The notes: a model not told the origin generated them from the letters alone. A stretch of 64,000 nucleotides of DNA from the human T2T-CHM13v2.0 reference genome, Homo sapiens (GCA_009914755.4 CP068257.2:43872001-43936000); one strand, 5' to 3'; positions 47,641-62,915 are shown, numbered from the stretch's first letter. Program-made: numbers and translations.

Positions 47641-49979
47641 TTTAATTGCTTTCCAATTAATTAATTTCTGCTTTTCTCATTATTTTTTCTTTTTCCTGTT
47701 GACTTTGTTGTTCCTTTCCTGTTCTAGTTTCTGAGTTAACTGCTATGTTCCTTTAATTTGAATAAAACTAGGAATAATAAACCATTTAATAATTCATTCC
47801 TCTCACGGGGCACCTTTGGCCAGGCCCATGGACGCTGTGTCACTACACTTGTTGCTGTCAGCCTCTACGTAGGACGTGATTTTTGCTTGATTTCCTCTTG
47901 GACTCATGACTCATTACAGAGAATGATTCAAACGTTTCCAGTAGGCAGATGTTGTTGTTTGTTGGTTTAATATGTCGTTTTATAAAGTTCAGATCAAAGA
48001 ACGTGGCCTAAGCAGGTATTCATTTTGTGAAATTGTTTTGAGCTTCGATTTGTGGCTTGGTTTTGGGTTATGTTTTAAACTTTTTCATGGGCTTTCGAAA
48101 AATGCATATTCTCTATGCACATCGTGTTTTATATGAATAAAATCTAAATTGCAAATAGTGGGATTTCAATCTCTGATAGCCTCATTCATGCATTGTCTGG
48201 GGTATGTGTCAAGTTTGCCAGAGTGAAGGGCCCCGCCGTGACTGGGGTTCGCGCCTCCCTGCATGTCCACGCCTTTATGTCCGTACTTTAGGGCAGTGTG
48301 GAGATGGACCCACACCGCCTGCGTGTTCTGCCGCCACGCTGGCCTGAGACCTCGGCTTCCTGTGCGGCCTCCTTATGGCTGTTTCAGGTGCGTTCCTCAG
48401 AGCATGGGGTGGAATTTGCTTTTCTACAAAAGGTGTCTGCCCGAGTGTCTGACCCACTGTCTCGCCGCTCCATGGGGCTGGCTGTGTGGTGGGGACTGAC
48501 GGCCTCCTCAGGAGGAGACAGTGATGACCCCAGGGAGTGGGTGAGGCCACTGTCAGACCAGAGAGATCTGCGATGGGCCAAAGAAGAGGCTGGGCTGCTG
48601 CTGCTGCATCTGTGTCTGCCCAGGGGAGCTACATCCTGGCCTCAGGACCTCCCTCCCAGCCTGAGCAGCAGGGGTCAGGCTGGTCCAGCTCTCAGGAGTG
48701 TCCCAGGGAAAGAACAAAACTGCCCTCCTGTCCACTCCAGGGAGACCCACAGGCTGTGCCACCAGCAGGCAGTGTGGACATCGGTGGCTGTTGGGTCGGG
48801 GGCCCCAGGGAGAGCCCCTGGGGAGAGCGACACCCACCCGGAGGCTCAGGCCAGGCCAGGACCGCAGCCCTCGAATGTGCAGAGACCCCGGGTCCTACCC
48901 AGGCCCGGGTCTCGGGACCACGTGGAGGAGGGATTAGCGCGTGCTATAATCCGCAGTCACCAGCAGAGCAGACAGCCTCTCGCCCAGAACAGGGCACCCG
49001 GGACAGCCCCAGCCCCAGCAGAGAGGGGCTGGTCTCAGCGAAGTGGAGCGGGTCTTAGTGGGTTGGGGCCAGTCTCATCCTGGCCCTGGGTGTGTCCCAG
49101 ACCCCTAATGCGGAGCCTGCAGGTCATTCCTGGCCCATGAGTCTGACCTGACACGGGAGTCTCTGGGCTGGTCCGCCCGTCCACCCTGTCCCTGCGTTTG
49201 TGCTGATAGGAGGACACTGCTCAAAACACACGACGGCTGTGTGCTATAATCCACGGTCACCAGCAGAGCAGACGGCCTCTCGCCCAGAACAGGGCACCCA
49301 GGGCAGTGCCAGCCCCAGCTCTCCGTGGCGCCCCCCATGTGCTCACTTTTACACAAGACCTCGCGCAATGGAAGCTCTTCCTCCTGGCAAATCGCAGGGG
49401 GCAGATTCCACTAAAACAAGACTCCACCGGGCGGCAGGTGGCCAGGCTCAGGGCTGGGGCAGGACCGGAGCGGGGGCCTCGCTGGAGGCTGGGCCTGGAG
49501 GGCAGGGGCCTTTGCTGCCGTGGGTGCAGTTTTGTAAGCAGAGGCTGGGGCTGGGTCCTGCCCTGCAAGCTCTACTGGTCCTTCCAGGCACCGCGCATCC
49601 CTCCCACCGGCCTAAGGGGACGGGAGCCGCTGACCTTTAGGACCTGTGCAAGGGTCATGGTGCTGTGTGAAGGACACGACTCCAGGCCACATCCTCCCTC
49701 CAGCCCATGAGGGTCCCCGGGATAAAGTCCAGAGGAGCCACAGGGGACACGGCTCAGTGGGAGGCAGCCCGGCCCATCACAGTGCCAGCCCTAGGCCTTG
49801 CTGTTATTATTTTGTATTTTTTTTGTGGTAAAAGAGACATAAAATGTACCATGTTAACTATTTTTAACTGCACACTTCAATGGCATTAAGGACATTCACA
49901 CTGTTGTGCGGCCGTCACCCCCATCATCTCCAGAACTCTTTCGTCCTGCAAAACTGAAGCTCTGCACCCAAGACACACT

Positions 49980-51540
49980 CACCCCCAATCCCCCCGCGCC
50001 CCCCTCCTAGTCCCCCCGCGCCCCCTTCCCAGTCCCCCACACCCCCTCCCAGTCCCCCACACCCCCTCCCAGTCCCCCACGCCCCCTCCCAGTCCCCCAC
50101 ACCCCCTCCCAGTCCCCCACACCCCCTCCCAGTCCCCCACACCCCCTCCCAGTCCTCCACGCCCCCTCCCAGTCCCCCACACCCCCTCCCAGTCCCCCAC
50201 GCCCCCTCCCAGTCCCCCACACCCCCTCCCAATCCCCCACACCCCCTCCCAGTCCCCCACACCCCCTCCCAATCCCCCACGCCCCCTCCCAGTCCCCCAC
50301 GCCCCCTCCCAGTCCCCCACACCCCCTCCCAGTCCCCCACACCCCCTCCCAATCCCCCACACCCCCTCCCAGTCCCCCACACCCCCTCCCAGTCCCCCAC
50401 GCCCCCTCCCAGTCCCCCACACCCCCTCCCAGTCCCCCACACCCCCTCCCAGTCCCCCACACCCCCTCCCAATCCCCCACGCCCCCTCCCAGTCCCCCAC
50501 GCCCCCTCCCAGTCCCCCACACCCCCTCCCAGTCCCCCACACCCCCTCCCAATCCCCCACACCCCCTCCCAGTCCCCCACACCCCCTCCCAATCCCCCAC
50601 GCCCCCTCCCAGTCCCCCACGCCCCCTCCCAGTCCCCCACACCCCCTCCCAGTCCCCCACGCCCCCTCCCAGTCCCCCACACCCCCTCCCAGTCCTCCAC
50701 GCCCCCTCCCAGTCCCCCACGCCCCCTCCCAGTCCCCCATGCTCCCCCAATCCCCCGCGCCCCCTCCCAGTCCCCCGCGCCCCATCCCAATCTCCCCGCG
50801 CCCCCTCCCAGTCCCCCGCGCCCCCTCCCAATCCCCCCGCGCCCCCCTCCTAGTCCCCCCGCGCCCCCTTCCCAGTCCCCCACGCCCCCTCCCAGTCCCC
50901 CACGCCCCCTCCCAGTCCCCCACGCCCCATCCCAGTCCCCCACGCCCCCTCCCAGTCCCCCACGCCCCATCCCAGTCCCCCGCGCCCCATCCCAGTCCCC
51001 CACGCCCCATCCCAATCCCCCGCGCCCCCTCCCAATCCCCCCGCGCCCCCTTCCCAGTCCCCCACGCCCCCTCCCAATCCCCCACGCCCCCTCCCAATCC
51101 CCCGCGCCCCCTCCCAATCCCCCCGCGCCCCCTTCCCAGTCCCCCACGCCCCCTCCCAATCCCCCACGCCCCCTCCCAATCCCCCGCGCCCCCTCCCAAT
51201 CCCCCCGCGCCCCCTTCCCAGTCCCCCACGCCCCCTCCCAATCCCCCACGCCCCCTCCCAATCCCCCGCGCCCCCTCCCAATCCCCCCGCGCCCCCTTCC
51301 CAGTCCCCCACGCCCCCTCCCAATCCCCCACGCCCCATCCCAGTCCCCCACGCCCCCTCCCAATCCCCCACGCCCCCTCCCAATCCCCCGCGCCCCCTCC
51401 CAATCCCCCCGCGCCCCCTTCCCAGTCCCCCACGCCCCCTCCCAATCCCCCACGCCCCATCCCAGTCCCCCGCGCCCCCATCCCAGTCCCCCATGCCCCC
51501 CCAATCCCCCGCGCCCCCCTCCCAATCCCCTGCGCCCCCA
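49980..51540. repeat. ~1.55-kb minisatellite of 20-bp units (ccccacaccccctcccagtc)n, about 75 copies; C-rich on the plus strand and G-rich on the minus strand
   Basis: Highly regular periodicity seen, with minor G/A and A/G variants between units. It generates the 555- and 549-aa Gly-rich artefact ORFs. Confidence 0.95.
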
Positions 51541-51849
51541 TCCCACTTTCTGGCCGGGTCTGGCCACCGCGGGGCCTCTGAGTGGAACCACGCACAGGGG
51601 GCGTCCTCTTGTGCCTGGCCAGGGGCACTCAGCATCGTGTCTCCAGGTCCCTGCACGGGGCAGCGGCGTGGAAACTTCCTTTCAGGCCGGCGATCCTTCC
51701 TGTGTGCGTCTCCACATTTTGATTTTTCATTTATGGATGGACATTTGGACATCTCCTTCCGCTTGGCTGTGGTGACTAAAGCTGCTGTGCTATCATTTTT
51801 ACTATTATTGTTATGACAAGTTGACAAGTGAATCTTTCTCTTACGGTTT

Positions 51850-53000
51850 CGGTTTTTCCCATCTTATTTGCTTTTAACTGTCCAGATTCATTGAGTCCCA
51901 GCAGCGGGCCCTGTTCCCGGCTTCAGTGGCGAGGCCCCTCGCCTTCTCCCCAGAAGCAGCCCCTTTGACGACATCGGTACTTTCGGTCCATTCCCTGGGT
52001 CGATGTTTCCAGAACCCCGCGCCCAGGAGCACGTCCAGGTTATGCGTGGGGCCGCCCTGTGCGCGCGCCTGGAGGCCTCGGGTTTCCCCGACGCAACGCG
52101 GGGAGTGGCCACCAGGGGGCGAGCGGCGCCCGGAGCCTCCGCGGGTCCCAGCCCAGCAGCCTCGCGACGCAGGGGGCGGTGCAGGGGGCGGCGGGGGCGG
52201 CGCAGGGGGCGGTGCAGGGGGCGGCGGGGGCGGCGCAGGGGGCGGTGGGGGGCGCCGGGGGGCGGCGCAGGGGGCGGCGCAGGGGGCGGCGCAGGGGGCG
52301 GCGCAGGGGGCGGCGCAGGGGGCGGCGCGGGGGCGGCGGGGGCGGCGGGGGGCGGCGGGGGCGGCAGCGCTGCAGGTGGGGGTGGGGGTTGCAGGGGCGG
52401 CGGGGACAGTATGGGAGGCAGGGGCGGTGTGGAGAGCTGGGGGCCGTGGGGGGTGTTGGGGGCGGGAGGGGGATGGGGGAGGTTGTGGGGGGAAGGGGAA
52501 CCGGCTTGGGTGGCCATGCAGGCGACGCGGGTTGCAGGGAACGGAGGTGCAGGGGGCGGCGGCGGGGGCGGCGGCGAAAGGGGACGGGCTTGCGTGGCCC
52601 CGCGCGGGGGCTAAGGGGCTGCAGGCCAACCCACCGTCCCGGGCACTTGGGACTCAGGAGGGCGGGGCGGGGCGGGGCGGCCCGCGTGGGGAGTGCCTGA
52701 GGCTGGCCTAGGCCCTGGGACCGTAGCCTCCCGAGCAGGGTGGGCTCCACGCGAACGGCGGGCGCTGGCAGAAAGCGACCCACGCAGAGTTCCGCGCCAG
52801 CCGAGGGGCCCGGCTGCCGCCCATGCGCGGTCCTGGAGGTGCCGGGAGGGGGTCGCGGACCCTGAGGCAGGATCCACGTGGTCCCTGCGGGCCCAGTGAG
52901 TGACATCACCGCGACGCTGCGCATGGAGCAAGCTCTACACCCGGGAGATGGCCACGGTGCGCATGCAGCAAGGTCTACTCCCGCGAGGTGACCACGGGAC
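51850..53000. promoter_or_regulatory. Second CpG island containing a (GCAGGGGGCGGC)n-like GC-rich repeat at about 52130-52400. Candidate upstream alternative promoter or non-coding first exon of SLC19A1, or an unannotated TSS.
   Basis: High CpG density and GGGCGG motifs seen. Lies about 17.5 kb upstream of the SLC19A1 ATG, inside the region where additional non-coding 5' exons of this gene have been reported. Confidence 0.4.
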
Positions 53001-53879
53001 AGACGATCCTCTGAGGTTTCCAGGAAGACCCCCGCCCTAATCCTCTGAAGGTCGGAGGTCACAGGTCAAAGCCGAGAACAGAAGCTGGGGTGGGGCACAC
53101 AGAGGTGGAAAGAGGGGCCTGAGCATCGGGCGGCCACCAGCAGGGTCCCCTCCTGGCCACAAGGACGCTCCCGTTCCAGTCCCCGGAAGAGGGTGGCTGC
53201 AGCCACCCCGGGGATGACCAGCAGAGGTCCTCACGGCCTGCGGCCCGGGGAGACCTGAGACTCCTAAGCTGAGCACGTCAGCGTCTCTACCTCCACCGCA
53301 GACAGAAAGACCGGGCGGACCCAAGACTGCAAGCTCAAGCCCTGGCGGCAGGGCAGCGGGGCCTGTGAGGGCCGAGGGTGGACGCTGCTCTGAGCCAGAC
53401 CCGCTCGTCAGCAGCTCGGCCTCCCCCGCTGCTCCCCACCAGCGCCCGGGCTTGGGTGTTTGGTGCTTCCAACTTTTCAAGAGAAGCTTGAAATCTGTAA
53501 TTCTTATGTGAAATCCTGCCTTTCTTAACTAATTAAAGACTTAAAATTAGCTAGTTAAAATTAATTAAAATTGATTAAATTTGTACTAATTAAAACTAAC
53601 TGAATTCTTCTCAAAACACCGTGCAGACGAAACCAGTCAGTGACACACCTGTCTGCAGCCATAGCACCAGGAGACATGGGGTGGGGGCCAGGGACATGGC
53701 CGGAGCTGCCACAGACAGGACAGAACAGGACGTTGTCAAGCGCTCTGTGGCTGATCTGTCTCTGTTGCACCAAAGTATTTTAAATGTTCTCTCACGTCCT
53801 CTGGAAGATCTTGGATGGGGAGAGAGGCGGGGTGGAGGGTGGCATGGGAGTCCTGTGGCCGGGGCTTCCTGGGGGCCCT

Positions 53880-54010
53880 GCACAGCAACCGGCCTGCACG
53901 TGTCTCCTGGGACGGCGACTCAGATGCATGTGTCACCTGGGACGGCACCTCAGACGCATGTGTCTCCTGGGACGGCGACTCAGATGCATGTGTCTCCTGG
54001 GACGGCGCCT
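53880..54010. repeat. ~31-bp tandem repeat, 4 copies (gcatgtgtctcctgggacggcgactcagat)
   Basis: Direct tandem copies seen. Confidence 0.85.
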
Positions 54011-55824
54011 CAGAGGCCTGGCTACTCCGAGAGGCCTCTGGACACCATGTAACCTCCCCTGGGCTCAGCCCTGGCCTGGCCAGTGCCCTGGTACCAGGAC
54101 TTGGGCACCAGCCACTGCCTCCCCACGTGTCAGCTCCTTGCACAATGGCACCCGCTGCATGGAGCTGCCCAGGACTCAGGAAGAACGGAGCTGGAGGCTG
54201 GGCCCTGGGGCTGCTGAAGCCCTGGCAGCAGGAAGGGATTTGAGATAGAGAACCCGAGGCCAGAGCACTGGGGCTCAGACAGCGGCCCGGGAGATGGGTC
54301 TTCCCTATCAGTGGAGACAGACCTTGGCCTCGTGACACCCTGGAGTCCCCGGCTTTGACCCCGTAGCCCGTGCCACATTCTCCTGAGGCTTCTCGTCTGC
54401 TCTGGGTGAACCAGGTGCTGGCCTGTGCCTTGTGGCCCCAGCCTGGCCCTGAGCCCCGGGTCCTGCACACCTTGCTGGTAGTCTCTGTCACAGAGACGGT
54501 TGGGCCCGGAGGCTGCTGGCATGTGAGTGTCCGCCTGGAGTGTCCTGCTCCAGCCACAGCCCTGCAGTGGTTCATGGCCAGAGCAGAGGAGCGAGGGCTG
54601 GGGGTTTGTGCAGTGACCAGGACCAGGGTGCAGGGGCCCAAACCAAGGCCACTCACTGCCCTGAATTGAGCAGAAGGGATGCTCTGAGGCTCCCGGGGAG
54701 CCTCAACCCTCCACCACACTCAGACAGTGTGCCTCTCTTGGACCGTGTCCTGCGCTCTGGTGACTCTCGGGGATGCTAGTGAGGAGCTTGTCCCGGCTCA
54801 GGCTGAGCCCTCTGCTCAACTAACAGCACAGACGCAGCCCAGACAGTTGCGGAGGGGAAGCAGGTGTGGGGGTGGCCGTGCCCTCGGCACTCGGACTTGG
54901 CCTCCTGAGCCCAGTGGCGTGGGGAGTGATAGTGTGATGCTCACCTTTGCCTCCTGCGTGTCTGACGGAATCATTCCTGTTTAGACATGAGCTCCATTCT
55001 TCGGAGGGCATGACCAGGAGGCCACCTATTTGGGGATATTTTTAGAGTCATGCCATCCAAGGCAGTCTGTGCCGAGTGGCTCCATATTCAGACAGCGGCG
55101 GCATCGTCTCCAAGCCTGGGCTCAGTGGTTAGCACGTCCCGTGCTGACGAGAGACTGGAGGCGGCTTCTGAAAACCCTTCGGGGCCAAGGCTCTCTAGTC
55201 GGACTCCACACGGCTGGTGACAGATCAGGCCAGACAAGTGCATGACACCCACCATCCAAGACGACAGGCTGAGACCCCCCAAGTCCAGGTGGGCCACGGC
55301 TGGCTGGACCTCAGCTGGGACTCGGACATGCTGGCTCTGCAGCCTGGCCCCAGGGTGTGGGCCTGCAGCTCTGGCTGCTGAGAAATCCCCAGTGGGCCCT
55401 TCAACCTTTGAAGGATTCGCCCCATTGTCACTGCAGTGAGACCCCCTGAGAACCCGGGAAGGCAGTGGTGCCGCAGAAGGGGTGCTGGCCGGCGAGCCTT
55501 GGGGATCTTCCCAGGGATGCAGCAGGTGGGGCTGTGACCAGGCTGCAGAGGGTGTTTCTTCTTCGTATGTGGCCAGTGTGACTTGAGTTCAGCCCCAGAA
55601 ATAAATGTGTGAGAGGACTGCGTTTGGTTTGAGCGAGGGCAGGCACAGGTAGGGAGCGGAGCTGCTACAGGAAGCCCTGCGGCTGGGAATCTGAGGGAGT
55701 CGGGGCAGCCTTGTTGCCAGGGCAGGACAGAGTACGGCCACCTGGTTGCTTGGAACAAGGTGGAGCTGTGTTCCAATTTCTCAGCACACAGGGAAACACA
55801 TTTCAGTTAAATTGAATTTTCTTT

Positions 55825-56127
<303 letters not shown>

Positions 56128-57343
56128 TAAATTGAATTTTCATGTGGAAGTCAATAACTACATAAATTTGGGAATGTCAGTGGCAGAAATCACAAAGGAA
56201 AAGATGAGTAGATGTGCTTGCATCCAACCTAAAAACATCTTTAAGTCAAAAAGCACCATGAAGAACTGCCAGCCCCTCAGCTGTGTGGAAACATCGCAAC
56301 GTTGAGGCCGGGTGAGTGTCGGTGTCCTGGGTCCATCAGGGAATTGCCCCCATCTGTGTATTTAGGTCGGTGAGGTGTCACCACGCACCGACAAGGAGAC
56401 AAACACACACACTGAAAATGGCCAGGGGTGTGGGCGAGTCCCCCATGGGGACCAGCGGTAGGCAGCATCCTCCGGAGACCACGGGAAGGCCAGGTCTTCC
56501 AGCTCCAACTTGCAAAGATTTGCTAAGATTTATATTTTTTTCCAGTTGTTTTTCAGTCTTTATTTTATTGAGGCCCCTGCAGGTACCTGTGGATTCTGAT
56601 TTGCAGCTCTGTCCAGGGAGCATCCGGCCAAACCTGGAGCCCGGGGCGTGCGGATGGACCTCTGGACGTGGGGCCACACCTGTGCGCGAGTTTTCTCACT
56701 TACTGGCTCGGAGGTGGTTCCACATCAGCACACGCAGAGCTTCCGTGTTCCTTATTAACAGCAGTGAAGAACTAGTCATTCAAATGCGCATCATTCCCTC
56801 ACACAGGGTATTTTTAAGAGAAATTGCTAGACATGGAGTTTGCTGTCAAAATGGCCCCCAGTGTGACAAGCAGATTTATTTTTACTGTGACATCCATTTC
56901 TGATGATGATGGGGGCAGACAGCCCTCCACATGGGCAGTGGGCACAGCTGAACCTCAGGCAATCGGCCACAGCCCCAGAGACAGGATCCGCATGTGAACA
57001 GACCACCAGCAGGGGCCAAAACGTCGGAAATGCAGCTTACTCTGCAGAAGGCAGCACGTCACACCCCCCAGCTCCCAAAATGTAGGAAACTGGCTCGTGC
57101 CAGGTGTGGCTAGAACGTGGGCATAGGGGAGCCCTGGGGTCACTCATGGAGCATAAACCGTGCAGCCTTCCTGGGGAGCGGCCTGGCCCTGAGAGGTGGG
57201 GACGCCAGGGCCCGGCAAAGTCCTCTCCAGGATCCACCCCCCAAGGACTCCTCCCACAGCCACACAGGGCCCACACAGGGACGTGCCCACGGCTCAATGA
57301 GGCCAGCAGGAGCGGGACACTCCATGTCCATCACCTTGGGAGG

Positions 57344-57545
57344 GTCAGGCAAAGCGCACTGGGTGCCCACTATGGCCCCCACAGGAGCTAATCCACCATG
57401 CAGCAGGGAGGGGTCTTGGAGACGCTATGTGGGAATGGGATGTGGCACTGGCACCCCCGCTAGGGTGCCCACGGTGGCGCCCACAGGAGCTAATCCACCA
57501 CGCAGCAGGGAGGGGTCTTGGAGACGCCATGTGGGAATGGGATGT
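57344..57545. repeat. Tandem duplication, ~97-bp unit ×2 (…cccacaggagctaatccaccatgcagcagggaggggtcttggagacgctatgtgggaatgggatgtggcactggcacc…)
   Basis: Two near-identical adjacent copies seen. Confidence 0.85.
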
Positions 57546-58498
57546 GGCACTGGCACCATGGTAGGAAGCGAAATCAGAGTCCAAACAAAGAGACACACAC
57601 TCCTCCAGAACAGGAGGGAAGAGACAACACCAGCAAGGACGGCCGCACACGGCGGGGCAGGGGAGCGGAGGTTGGAGTTGGGAATGAGGATTTGAAGGAC
57701 CAAGAAGAGGAATGACAAAGGTGAGGTGCCTTGCGGAGTGGTGACAACAGTGGCCAAGTGCCAATGAGGAGGACGAACCCAATGCTGGGCTGAGGCCAAA
57801 CAGACAAACAAGAAGAGCAGCACCCAGGCTTGGAGCTGAGGGAGGCCCGAGCCCCGGAGAATCGGCGCTGTCCTCTGAGCTGGCCTCTCTGATGCTGCTT
57901 TCTCCATGATAAAGAGGCGCTCTCACGGCTGGCGGAGGGAATGCTCATGGCCTGGCTCAGCCTCAGCTGCTGCTCTTACAACTGCTGTGGTCATTCCCTG
58001 CCCTTAGAAACGAAGCTGCTTCCCAGCCACCCATGTGCAAAGGAAGAAGGAAAGAACGAGAATAAACGACCAAGCCTAATCCACTTTCCCTGCCTTGCGA
58101 ACCACAGTATTTTCTGCTGCCGTGCACTTGGAGAGAGCAAATGTCACCGAGTCTTGTTGAGAAGACAAGAGAGGCAAGAGGTCTGAACAACACCCAGCTG
58201 GGGGCAAATGCCTTCAGACAAGCACAACCAAAGTAAAACAGGAACGAGCAATGACCCTAAAAGATGTGCTAGAAATAATTGACCAAGTATAAAATAAATA
58301 TTTGAGTATTCTATTGCAGTAACTTGCCATGCCATTCACTTGTAATAAATGAACCTCTTTCAAGTTAGAACATGTTGCGTTTGTGCAGCCAGGATTAAAT
58401 ATGGTAGGTCTGGGGCCCGGAGCGTCTCCCGGTGTTCCCACTCCTGGCCTGGTGGGTTCCAGCTGCAAGTGCTGGACTCTGCATTGGAAGTGAGGGTG

Positions 58499-58825
<327 letters not shown>

Positions 58826-58871
58826 AAAGTGAAGGTGGGAACCTGCACAGCAAAGAAAGATAAGACTTCCA

Positions 58872-59169
<298 letters not shown>

Positions 59170-59744
59170 GACAAATCCAGAAATGCACACTAACTCCAAA
59201 GGGTTTCCTTTTAATCTTAAGACAGTTATCAGTCAGAGAGCTCAGGCATGAACCAAAATCTATGTTTGTGGAAAATGATACACAGACAACACTCACCACA
59301 CAGGTGCATCACACTGACACGACACCACACGCATTCACCACATCGGCATCGTAAAGGGAAGCCCCAGTGACTACGGAACATTTGTGACTGTCTCTGGGAA
59401 GTTTTTCAAAAGGCCAGTTCTGAAAACTTCCACTAACAGCCTGGGAGGAACAGAACCTAGACTCACTCTCCCCCATGAAACAACTGAAAAAAACAGGCAA
59501 ATATGTGAAGCAAAATGTTTTCAGAGCCTGGTCTCCGGCAGCGTGGTGCAGTGCTCCCTGAGAGACGTGAAACAAACGGGTTGAGACCTAGAGCTGCCGG
59601 AGCTCATGACCAGGAGAGAGTTTCCAGGATGCAGCACAGGGAAAAGGAATCCAGGCAGAACCACGGTTTCCTACAGCTGAGGAAACACAGCTGGGAGCCT
59701 GCTAGGCAAAGATGGCCATAAACCACAGGACGGAGTCCCAGACA

Positions 59745-59960
59745 GAAAGGAGCTGTACTTACGGTAGATTCCAACAATCCGCAGAAGATCCTCCTCCGGT
59801 ATCTAGGTGTGAATGGATCAGAGGGGAAGGAGCTGAATTTACGGTAGATTCCAACAGTCCATGGAAGATCCTCCTCCAGTGTCTAGGTGTGAATGGATCA
59901 GAGGGGAAGGAGCTGAATTTACAGCAGATTCCAACAGTCCGTGGAAGATCCTCCTCCGGT
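59745..59960. repeat. ~62-bp tandem repeat, about 3.5 copies (…acggtagattccaacagtccatggaagatcctcctccagtgtctaggtgtgaatggatcagaggggaaggagctgaattt)
   Basis: Direct tandem copies seen. Confidence 0.85.
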
Positions 59961-61013
59961 ATCTACGTGTGTACGGATCTGTGCAGGTGTGAGAGGCAAA
60001 TACTCAAGGCCAGGGAAAGACCATCAGAAAGAGAAGCAGAAGTGACCCTTAGAGCTCATGCACAGGCAGGAATGTTGCCTGTTCCGCCAGTCAGAGCAGA
60101 GATCTCATGGCCCATGGGACGTGGAGTGGAGCACTCAGAAGGCTTTGCCACAGTAGGGGAGATAAACTCGTTCTAGGCTAAAAACTGTTCTGACCTTGCC
60201 TGAAACGTTCAAAGCAAGCCTCGGGAGAAACAAACTGTTTCCATGTAACTTAATTGCATTCCAGAACAAAGCTCAAGAATATTTGTAGGAAGACAAAAAT
60301 GTCAATTATTTAACAAAGTAAACTCAGAATATCTGGCGTGCAATCAAAAATTAGTGGGCATGCAAAAAAGAAAAAGAAAACGTAACCCAAAATGAGGATA
60401 TAAATTAATCCATAGAAACAGATCTAGAAATGACAAAGAAGGTAGATTTAGCAGAAAAGGACATTAAAACAATTATTGTAACTATATTTTTATGTTCAAA
60501 ATGGTAAAGAAAAGAGTGAGTATTAGGAGGAGACACATTGAAGATTTAAAAAAAAAAACACAAATCAAACTTCTAGAGATGAAAACTACAACGTCTGAGG
60601 TGAAAAGTACACTGGATGGGATCCCCGCAGATTAGACATTGAAGAAGAACAGATGCGTGAACCTGAAGACACAGCAACAGCAATAGAGACTGTACAAAAT
60701 AAAACACACAGAAAAAAATACTTAAAAAATGGACAGAGCATCAGTGAGCTACAGGACAACTTAAAGTGCCCTAATGCGTGTGTAATATTAAGGCACTTTA
60801 AGTTGTAAAACAAGGATTTGAACAAGGTAAACCCACAAATCCAAGAATCTCAGTAAACCCCAAGCACAAGAAATATTAAGAAAACAACACCAAGTCACAT
60901 TATAATCTAACTGCTCAAAACTTGTGTTAAAGAGAAATTTCTTAAAACCAACTAGAGGGAGGGAAAACTTCACATACAGAGGAATGAAGATAAGGATAAG
61001 GATGGATTTCTGA

Positions 61014-61390
<377 letters not shown>

Positions 61391-61720
61391 GAAAGTACCA
61401 ACAGATTTTTAAAAAGTGTTAGAATTCTATACCCGAGAAAAGCATCTTTTAAAAATGGAGGTGAAATAGACTTTTTTAGGAATCCAAAGACTGAAAGATT
61501 TCATCAACAGTAGACAAATGTCATATGACATGTTAAAGGCAGTCGTCGGACAGAAGGACAATCTGAAGCTGGACAAAGGAATAAAAAGTATTGGAAATGG
61601 AAAATATGTGGACGAATATTAAAAACTTACTTTTAAAATATCCTTAAAAGATAACCAACTGCTTAAAACGAAAAGAAAAAACCTAATGATGTATTGTGAG
61701 GTTTAAAAATGTGTGAGGTT

Positions 61721-62025
61721 GGCCAGGTACGGTGGCTCACACCTGTAATCCCAGCACTTTGGGAGGCCGAGACGGGCGGATTGCTTGAGCTCAGGAGTTT
61801 AAGACCAGCCTGAGCAATGTAGCAAAACCCCATCTCTACAAAAAATACAAACAATTAGCCGGGCATGGTGGCACATGCCATAGTTCCTGCTACTCGGGAG
61901 GTTGAGGTGGGAGGACCTCCTGTGCCCGAGAGGTCAGGGTGGCAGTGAGCCATGATCGTGCCATTGCACTCCACAATCCAGCCTGGATGACAGAGTAAGA
62001 AAGACCCTGTCTCAAAAAAAAAAAA
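61721..62025 (+). mobile_element. Alu SINE with 16-bp target-site duplication
   Basis: GGCCAGGTACGGTGGCTCACACCTG… The flanking gtgtgaggtttaaaaa is duplicated on both sides. Confidence 0.95.
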
Positions 62026-62915
62026 AGTGTGAGGTTTAAAAACGTGTGAGTTTTAAAAATGTTTGACAACAGCAAAAAAGGTGTGAGAGGGGATGGAAAG
62101 ATGCTATTTTAATATCACATTACTGCGTAAGTTAAAGATACATACTATTTATCTTAAAGCTACAAATAAAAGAAAAAACAAGAATTATAGCTAATAAGCC
62201 AACAAAGAAGATAAATGGAATTAAAAACACAATGCAAAAGAAGGCAGAAAAAAGAAAAAATAACAGATGGAACAAATATAAGAAGAAAAGTAAGATAATA
62301 GATTTAAACCCAATCATATTAATAATCACAGTCATGTTCTAATTGCCCAAACAATTCAACTGGGGCAGAGATTATATGATTAGATAAGAAAGCCAGACTC
62401 AACTTTATGTTGCTGACAGGGAAAAACACTTTAAATATAAATATATAAAATTGGCTTAAAATCAAAAGATGGAAAAATATATACCATCGCACTATTCAAA
62501 AGATGGCCAGAGTGGCTATTACAATATCAAAGTAGATATCAGATAAGTAACATTGTAAGAAATAAAGAGGATTTTTTATAATAATAAAGGGATTAGTTCA
62601 TCAAGAGATCTTAACAACCCTAACCATGTACGCACCTAATAAAGCTTCAAAATACATGAAGCAGAAACAGCTAGAATGTAAGGAGAAGTACACAAACCAA
62701 CAATTACAGTCAGAGAGTTCAACACCTCATTTCAATAACTGATAGAACAAATTGATAGACAACTTAGTAAAGGCAGACAAGACTTGAAGGATACTATCAG
62801 CCAAATTAATATTTATCAAATATGTCACCCAGCAACAGGAGAATACACATTCTTTTCATCTGTACACAAACAATTTACCAAAATAGGCCGTATTCTGGGT
62901 CATAAAACAATTCCC

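Noticed and set aside
49924-51827. Very long minus-strand ORFs (555, 549, 325 and 274 aa), Gly/Arg-rich (GGLGGGVGDWEGAWGTGRGRGGLGGG…), and a plus-strand Pro-rich 280-aa ORF
   Set aside because: They sit entirely inside the 20-bp tandem repeat. The periodic low-complexity translation is an artefact of the repeat and not a collagen-like gene. There are no splice signals and no start context.
52040-53062. 340-aa minus-strand and 261- and 213-aa plus-strand ORFs
   Set aside because: Inside the second CpG island and its GGCGGGGGC repeats; a low-complexity artefact.
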